Below the pieces are notes generated by a model, which saw only the letters and a list, made by a program, of their open reading frames with translations, searched no databases and was not told where the DNA came from. From positions 124,001 through 188,000 of the forward strand of contig JAVKOQ020000007.1 in assembly GCA_031835245.2 (NCBI GenBank): a DNA stretch of 64,000 nucleotides, read 5' to 3'. Made by a program: the position numbers and the translations under genes. This stretch comes from Balamuthia mandrillaris (taxonomy: Eukaryota). Shown here piece by piece: positions 1 to 8,300 of the stretch (the stretch's first letter is position 1; each line of letters opens with the position of its first letter).

Positions 1-404
1 TTAATTTGTCCAGATCGAAAAGGGTGAAATTGGGGGGCATCAAAGTGGACAGTGTCCTTACCTTACAGTGTTCAGGTTGACGACGAAGAGAAGAAGAACA
101 AGACGCCATGGTTACTTAGTGGAGGAAGAAAAGAGAATGCGAACGAACAATGAACCTTAGGCTGGCTTCTTCGGTGGTGGCAACACATTCATATAAAAAA
201 GATCGGCTTTGCACTCCAAAATAACGATGTAATACCAAAGTCTTTTTGTTAAAAAGAAAGTTTAAACAAAGATAACGACATGAGAGAGATGTTACGAAAG
301 ATGAACAACAAAAACTTTGACGGTCTGGCAACGTCGTGGCAAAGTAGCATACAATAGGCACGCTACCATCACCACAACGGTCCGTCCAACCCAAACCACG
401 ACCC

Positions 405-1577
405 TTACTTGTTTTCCTGAACCCACTGGTACACTTCGTCGCTTCCGCAGCAAAGGGTATCGGGGTTCCATGGACAGCCATGCGCCCTCAACCACTTCAA
501 CACCTCCAATTGGCCCGCCAAAGCGGCCCTCTCGCAGGTGCTCTCGTCCCAAGGGCACCCGTTCTCATGCGCCCATTTCAGCACCTTTAGGTTACCTTGC
601 TCAGCAGCGCCACTGCAGGTCTGCTCGTCCCAAGGACAGCCGTTCTCCCTTGCCCACTGCAGCAGTTCCAAATGGCCGTTCTCAGCGGCAGCAGCGCATG
701 TCCACGAGTCCCAAGGGCAGCCTTGTTCTCTCAGCCACTTCAAGGTCTCCACGTGGCCAGACCTGGCCCCGTGGGTACAAATATCGAGCGAGTCCCAAGG
801 GCAACCGTTCTCTCTTGCCCATTTCAACACCTCCAACTGTCCGTTGGACGCCGCCATCTTGCAGGTGACGTTGTTCCAAGCGCATTTGTTGTTTCGTGCC
901 CACCGAAGCACTTCCAAGTGGCCGTTGCGGGCTGCGTTGTGGCAAGTCCACTGGTCCCAAGGACAGCCTCTCTCCCTGGCCCACTGCAGCACTTCCAAAT
1001 GGCCGTTCTCAGCAGCGTAGGCGCAAGTCCTTTCCGTCCAGTTGCATCCCTGTTGCAAACGTGCCCATTGGACCACATGCAAATGGCCATGGAAGGCAGC
1101 AAAGTCCATCACAAAGTACAAGAAGGCTATCTTCCAATCCGGTCTTTGTCGCATCCACTTCAGCCCTTCCAGATGGCCTTGCTTTGCCAGCACGGTGGCC
1201 ACCTGCCGCTCCTGCCAAGGACAGCCGTACTCCACGGCCCACTTGAGGACCAACAGATGACCGCCCTCGGCAGCCGCCAAGGCGGTCTGGCGATCCCAAT
1301 GACAAGCCTGTTCCAGGCGGAGCCACTGCAGCACGTCCAGCTGGCCCTGCCCGGCGGCTGCCGCGCAGGTTTCATGGTTGGGCACCAAGCCGTTGCCCAC
1401 CGCCCACTGCAGCAACGCCAGCCGGCCGCACAGGTACTTGACGGAGAGGCGGTTGCGCAGGTGGACCGGGGAACAGCGGTACCAGCGGTTGCAGGTCCGG
1501 GCCGCCACGCCCACCGCGTGCTTGGGTAGCTGCGCCATGATGAGCGCCACCAGCTCTTCTGGCAAGTCGTCCTCCAT
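405..1577 (-). CDS. F-box + ankyrin-repeat protein (Acanthamoeba/Pandoravirus-type GCPWD repeats), intron-less
   Basis: N-terminal F-box-like LPEELVALIMAQL..ARTCNRW followed by ~25-aa repeats AA..GHLEVL.WARENGCPWD. Likely ATG at 1577 (MEDDLPEE). Confidence 0.85.
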   Translation of the reverse strand: MEDDLPEELVALIMAQLPKHAVGVAARTCNRWYRCSPVHLRNRLSVKYLCGRLALLQWAVGNGLVPNHETCAAAAGQGQLDVLQWLRLEQACHWDRQTALAAAEGGHLLVLKWAVEYGCPWQERQVATVLAKQGHLEGLKWMRQRPDWKIAFLYFVMDFAAFHGHLHVVQWARLQQGCNWTERTCAYAAENGHLEVLQWARERGCPWDQWTCHNAARNGHLEVLRWARNNKCAWNNVTCKMAASNGQLEVLKWARENGCPWDSLDICTHGARSGHVETLKWLREQGCPWDSWTCAAAAENGHLELLQWARENGCPWDEQTCSGAAEQGNLKVLKWAHENGCPWDESTCERAALAGQLEVLKWLRAHGCPWNPDTLCCGSDEVYQWVQENK

Positions 1578-2035
1578 TTCTTTTTCTTCGCTCTCTCTCT
1601 TGTTAGCGTTACTGTGCTTTCCTTTCTTTCTTTCTTTGTGTGGTGGTGAAAAGAACAAATGGAGCGTAACACGACTTGGCAGGTTTAAAATAGCTGGTTT
1701 TTGGTAAGATTTTCCCCGCCGCGAAGACCACCTTAAGACCCAACAGCCTCCTTAAAGGTGAAACACCCGCCAAGCGTGGCGTGAATAAGCGAAAGGTTGT
1801 GTGTTTTCTCTGGAAATGCCACGAGTTTGCTGAAAATGGACCAAATAAGGGAGGTATCCTTAGCACGAGGTAACGGATTCATTTAGTTCACGATGGGCCC
1901 TTTTTTGGTTGCCGACCTGGGTGCTAGGATATGATCTCTATTTTTGTCCTCTCCAAGGCAACCGGAGAAATGTAATAGCTTTCTTGGAAGGAAACAGATC
2001 GAGAATGAAACCACATTTCTCTATCCTGTTTCACT

Positions 2036-2255
2036 TTAAAAAAAGAAGAATTTCTTGGTTTTTTTCTTTCGCGGTAAGGACAGACGGAGGCCCGTGTTGG
2101 CAGGTTCTTGGGGGTCGTAGGCCAACGCATCGGCCACCAGCTCCCTGCAAAACTGCTCCAATGTCTCTCTTGCGTTCGTGTTTTCCTTTGCGCTCGTCTC
2201 CGCAAAGTCCATTCCGCATTCATCGGCCAACTCCTTATGTCCCAAAACCATTAAC

Positions 2256-2303
<48 letters not shown>

Positions 2304-5300
2304 AGAAAGAGAATAAATAAGGAACGTCATGGATCAAACAGGTGGGACGACAGAACAAACCCTTGCTTCCTCAGATGTCAGCGCATGGAAATCTGGTGGT
2401 ACGTCCACCTTGGTGGCCACCATTATTTTGGGTACCCCATCTAGCGCGTAACGCTCCACTTCAACATTCCAGTTTCTGAACCAATAGCGCAGGGTAAATC
2501 CAAAAGGAAGAAGGAACAGAAGAAGAGGAAGAAGAGAATAAACAAGAAGAACAAGAGGGGCAAGAAACGAGAACAAGGAGAAAGCTTTGAACAAAGCACA
2601 AGAAGTAGCACGTACCTGACATTTTCAAAGCTTACACGATCAGTTACGTCGTAACACAATAACACACCACAAGTTCCACGGTAGATATAACGGTTATGAT
2701 TGTCGCCATAGAATCTTGGGTTCAGGTATGGTTCCCACTGTCATAAAGAGCAGGTGAGCAGAGAGCAGGTACATAATTTAGAAAGCAGAAGAGAGAGAAC
2801 CATTTGCACTTTGACTTTGTAGCTATCCAAATCAAGTGTACCCATTTTCTAAAGGTAATGATAAAGAATAGAGAAGTTAACAAAACCTTGTGACCTGTTC
2901 TTAAGACCGTCCACTACGCCGTACAGTACACAATACGGTTGCAGAATGACTTAGCGTGTTTTTTGTCCTGCTAAATTGTCCACTATCGCACCTAATTTAG
3001 CAGACAGAGGGCCGGTAGTGGACGGCGAGAGTGTCCGTTGGTTGTAGACAAAAAGTAGCCTTCATCCGGCACTCGCGGTCATATGCCGCCAGAGCATGCG
3101 CTTGAGAGTGCCGTTAAAGCGCTCAACAACGGCTTGTGAGTTTGGTTTGTATGGCTTTGATGTAATGTGTGCAATCCCATTCTCTTCCATGAGCAGATGA
3201 TTGACGAACTCTGCGCCGTTATCTGTTTGCAGGATCTTAGGCTGCTGTTCCGCCAATAATGGCCGCAAGTGTCGGGCCACATTCGCCGCAGTCTTCTTGG
3301 TGATTGGGAACGCCCACGCATACTTGGTGAACACATCGATAGCCGTAAGTATGAAATTGTACCGGTCGTTAAACCCGCGCAGTGCACTGACATCCACGAG
3401 ATCCGCTTGCAGGCGTTCGTGCGGCGCCTTCGCCCGAATAGGTTGTTTCACTGCAATCTTACGAATCGGCTGATGTAATTGGTTAGTATGATTCCGCCGC
3501 AGGTATGCCGCAACATCCCGCCGAGATATGCCGATGAATAACTCCACAGCGCGTTTATATAACTTATCCCGGCCGTATGCCATTGTCGCCGGGCTTGCCA
3601 TCAGTTCGCCGAGCACACGATCGATAGCGCCGGCGGGTACTACAATCCGGCCATCATACTTCGCCACAATGGTGTCTTCTGTTCCTTCTTGTAGCCGGAA
3701 GTGCCGCCACTTATCGGCAAAACCCCGCTGTTCTTTCGGCAGGAGATCCGGCAAAGTATTTGTTTGTAAGTATTCCAGCCCGGCATCATATGCTTCATCT
3801 GTGAATTTGTACTGAGAGTAGTCTTTCATTCTCACAGTATACTATACTAAGGCCGACATAAAACGATTACACGTTATCGGTTGACAGACAATATCGGCCA
3901 GTGGATATAAGAATTTCAATGTAGCCTTCGTCAGAATAGATTATATGACCATAGATTGACGAAGGCTACATATTTCGGGGAAGGTAGATAAACTTAGTAA
4001 ATTGTTATTATTACCTCTTCTTCTGTGCTTTGCCGCAAGAAGGCTACTCTCTGGCCAAAAAAATATTTACATTGATGTATGCTTACTACCGCCGCCAGAT
4101 TTACATCATTCGCAGTCCCTTACCGGACTGTTTCTTCTTCATTGAGGCGCCTAGAAAGCTATCAAACTGTGCGCGACTCTTTGGTGTTGGCTTCTTTGTT
4201 GCTTTGGCACTTGGCTTACTCTTTGCCGGCTTCTTCTTACCGGACCCGATCATTCGCATACCACTGCCAGACTTCACAGTGCTACGCACGTTGGCTCCGC
4301 CAACCCCCAACAACTCGCGCACTTTGCCTTTCGCAGTGGACTTCGCACTATCAGCTAGTTGTTCGATCTTGCCGGTTGCAATAGGTTTGATAACGCCTAA
4401 CAATTCCTTTCCCAAAGTACCAACTAATCCTTTAGGATTCAGCGCATTCTTGCCTTTTCTTATTAACTTCTTCAGGAAGCCCCCGCGCTGTAAGTGCGCC
4501 GGACCATACCTGTGTAGGTTTCTACGGTCTATCAACATTGTTTTCGCCGGTTTCACTAAGTATTATACTACAGGCGACATAAAAACAGATCATGTAAAAT
4601 AATCCCGCACAATAGCTTCATTGGCCGCTGTTGGCTCCTGATCGAACACAGTGATGATATCTGCCGGCGATCTACCGGCGTCTCTTTGCTGAATGTAGAG
4701 GACACAGTAATAGCCGCAGAGAACTGTTTTGTCCGTTTGTGTCTGTGTTGAAGGATACAATATTGTGCGCTTGGGTGCAATCCGCCGCAGAAATCGTTCG
4801 AGTTCTGGTGGTGGCACTACTCCGTATGAATCATAGTACTCAACGAATGGGCTGCTCTTCTCGCAATATACAGCGACCCAATGCGAACCCGGTTGCGAGC
4901 GTTTGTCATAGTTGAAGATAAAACTCGCCGGTAAGTTGATTTCTTTTGTCTTCACCTTCTTGGCTTCATCACGGGCAAACACGCCGGCAAATGAAGGCGA
5001 ATCAACCAACATTTCTGTCAACTCAAAGTTGCTCAGAGCGTGGAACCTTTTTTTTTACTGCATTTGCCGCATCCACCGGCTTGCGAGCCCATTGTGTATC
5101 CTAGACGTAATCCTCTGCCTTTCCTTGGCTTTATCTTTCTTCTCACATTACCCTTGCCCGCATTTCCAGTCCCTTTGGGACGTCGAGCACCCGACCCAAA
5201 CAGTTTACCCAATGCGCCGGTTGCCGTATCAATGCCTTTATCAATTAATTTATCAGCAACACCCGCGAGAATCTATTAAAGGCCACTAATACTGGTAAGA

Positions 5301-8300
5301 ACCCACCAACTTGTGGCCGCATCTTGGTCAACTGTGTTTTGCTAAGCCGCAATACTAATCCCCGGTTATCTTTCGCCGCACGCTTTAGCTTCTTCGCCTG
5401 TGTTTTCGTAAGCAGCAGGGCGGCATTAGGTTCAGCTTTCAGTTGTTTTCTTGTGAGTCGAATGTTGGCGCCATGTTGCGCCTTGATAGCCCTCCCTGTG
5501 GGCTTCTGTTGTTGTTCGCTGAGGAAAATCGGTATGTTGTTGTAGTTCGCAGACATTGTTGTTGTATGCGTTGAGAATACACAGTATACTATACCCGACA
5601 AAAAAAATATTGGATTGTGATATTTAGCGGCGATCACAGAGGATTTGCAGACGCTCTCCATCCCCTTTATAATCGAGCTCAGCCTCCGCCTCAACAACTG
5701 CTAACACGACATAGGAAGTAGGTAAAGCATGCGTGCCAATAGTGGCGCCTGGTGTGAACTCAAGGACCATATCCGCAGCAGTTTCATATGAGAATGCGGC
5801 ACGGTCTCCCTTGCTGTATCCGCAATCGAATACAAAGATAGGGTATATGTTTTTGAAGTCTTCATAGGTGACGATACTACCAGACTCCGTATCATTACAA
5901 TGTCTTCCAGCTTGCAAGAAAGATCTGTACAATCGGATATAGTTTTCGTTAGAAGCATGGAAGAAAGGTGCGTACTCAGTCTTGGGCACAGGTTTGCCGT
6001 TAACCATCAGCCGCATATTCTGCATATTCAGAGTATCATATACTGCCTTGTTGATGTTCTGCACGGCTTGCCTAGTGCCGGACAACCGTGCGTTATCTTG
6101 GAACACGACATAAACGCGCTTTGGCTTACGAAGATTGCTACTAAGCAGGAATCTTTGCCGGCCAGAACCACTCATAGGTGAGCTCTGGATAACAAACAGG
6201 TCATTGTAGACGACAGTCTTAGTGGCACCCGCTGCGAGCTGTTTATCCAGCATAGTTTGTACAGAGAGAGAAGCCTGCAATTGAGGAATCCATAAGTTCA
6301 GTTCATCAACTTTGATACGCAAATCATCAATAGTTGCTGTGCCGTGCCTGTTGTTCCTTGGATAGCCAAATTATGTCTGTTGAGAACCAAAGCCAAAGTA
6401 TGACTAGTGCCGCGCCAGACAGATTTGTGATGATACCAGAAGCGGCAAACATCAGCAATAGGTAAGAGTAGAGTGTGAGTAGCACTTGCAAGGTTTTTAT
6501 CGGCCCTGATCTTAAATGATTCAGAATACTTTGAATTTCTTTCAGTTAGCTCTGTGCCGTTATCATTGAACTCCTTTATTTCTACATCAGCACCAGTATA
6601 TGCCTCACGATAGAAACCAGTTCGGGAGCCTAGAGACCGGAGATTGTCTTCACTCCAACAGACCAGATTCATAACATTTGCGGCCACACCAACGGATGTC
6701 ACGTCGCTAACTGTTTTGTTATCAATACTCCATTTGACACGCTCGAAGAGATGCCAGCCGCCGTTAGTAAGAGCCGCCACATGACCAGCAGTCGCAACGC
6801 CGGCGGTTGTGGTAAGTGCAGTGCCATTGGATTGAGTTATGCTACATTTCACTTCCAAATATGCCTCGTTAATCAGCAGCCATGAGGACTTATCGTTCAC
6901 ACGAATAAGGATCTCACTGGTTGGCACGCCGGTGGAAGTGCCACTAGTGGTATAAGGATATCTGACGTCTTCACGATAGGTGGTAGTCTCATCAACGACA
7001 TCGCTGCTGAAGAGATCCCACTCTTGGGTCATTCTCGGGTCGAGTTGTTTCACGGACATTGTTTACTTTACTGAATGCAGGTACTATACTAAAGCAGCCA
7101 ACAAAGAAAAAAATCGTAATATTTACAGGTAGGCTTACCCAACTCACCCAAGCGGGCAACAATGCTGCGGGTGGCAGTGTTAATATCTTCTTCTGTTATA
7201 TCCGCGTGGCTTGTCTTACCGGCTTCAACCATCCGCAGGTAGACTTGATAGCCAACGTTAAGTATTTCACAAAATCACGCTTGGCTTCACGCCGAGGGCA
7301 TTCAAGATATATGCTTGTTTGCTGCCGGCTTCATCAAACACATGCTTCTTTTTATGCGGCTTCTGGATATGGTTGGAGAACATAATCGTTTTGAGTTGCC
7401 ACACAGTAAGGTTTAATTTCTCACATATTTCATTATTGCAAAGGTTCTGCCGGCATAATTCCCGGACTTGATCAATAATTTCCGTCATCTTTGCTCTGAA
7501 CTAATACACACTATACCAGACATAAAAAAATCAATAAATAAATAATTATTGAAAGCCCGCGCCATATACCACATAGTCTATCTTTGCGGCTAAGTCTGTT
7601 GCAAGTTTAGCAAGGCCTCGGATACGCGGGTGGCCCTTCAATAGTTGTCCTGCGTCCTGAATAATGAAGTTCTTTAACTCTGCTGTTAGCATTCCGTTGG
7701 CCGCAAGTATGTCATGTATGAACAGTTGGCAATTGTATCTAGTGGCACTATACAGCCACATCCGGCGTTCTCCCACGGCTTTCAAAGTGCGGGTAAGCAT
7801 TGCGGCAAGCGTTGGCCGGCCTCTCACATTAACCTGCATTGCGCCGCCATTATGCGGGTGTAGGTCTGCTTCACTGGCCAGCCGAGCGCTTACCACTTGA
7901 TTCTTCTCAAGCCGGATAACTTCGCCGGTTTGGAGCCGAAGAACAAGATACAAATGATATAGATTATCGTAATTCAACTTGCGCTGCATTCGGGATAAGT
8001 CTCCTAGTGTTAGGATATTGCCAAGAGTAGTTATTGCTTGTTGGATTGGGCTTCGCACAACGTACATTGAAGTAATCACCGTGTTTCCTTTGGGTTCCAC
8101 AAGCCGGCGGGTTGCCGGTGGAGCATTCAACCTGAGGCCGAACATCTGCCGCAGTGTTGTCTTCACTGCATTGTAATTATCAACGAGACCTTCGCCTTCC
8201 TGTAGGTTAGTTGGATGATTTAGTAGTAGCGATTGCTTGGAATTACTCGCTTTTTTTTTAACCTGCCACCACGCACAGATAGGAACTTCGACTTCCTTGC

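Noticed and set aside
1..160. 3' end of a plus-strand gene at the window start
   Set aside because: Too short to assign a product or frame.
317..1529. Long plus-strand ORFs opposite the ankyrin gene
   Set aside because: Antisense shadows of a GC-rich repetitive CDS. The same applies to 42836-44284, 55919-56968 and 58773-59987.
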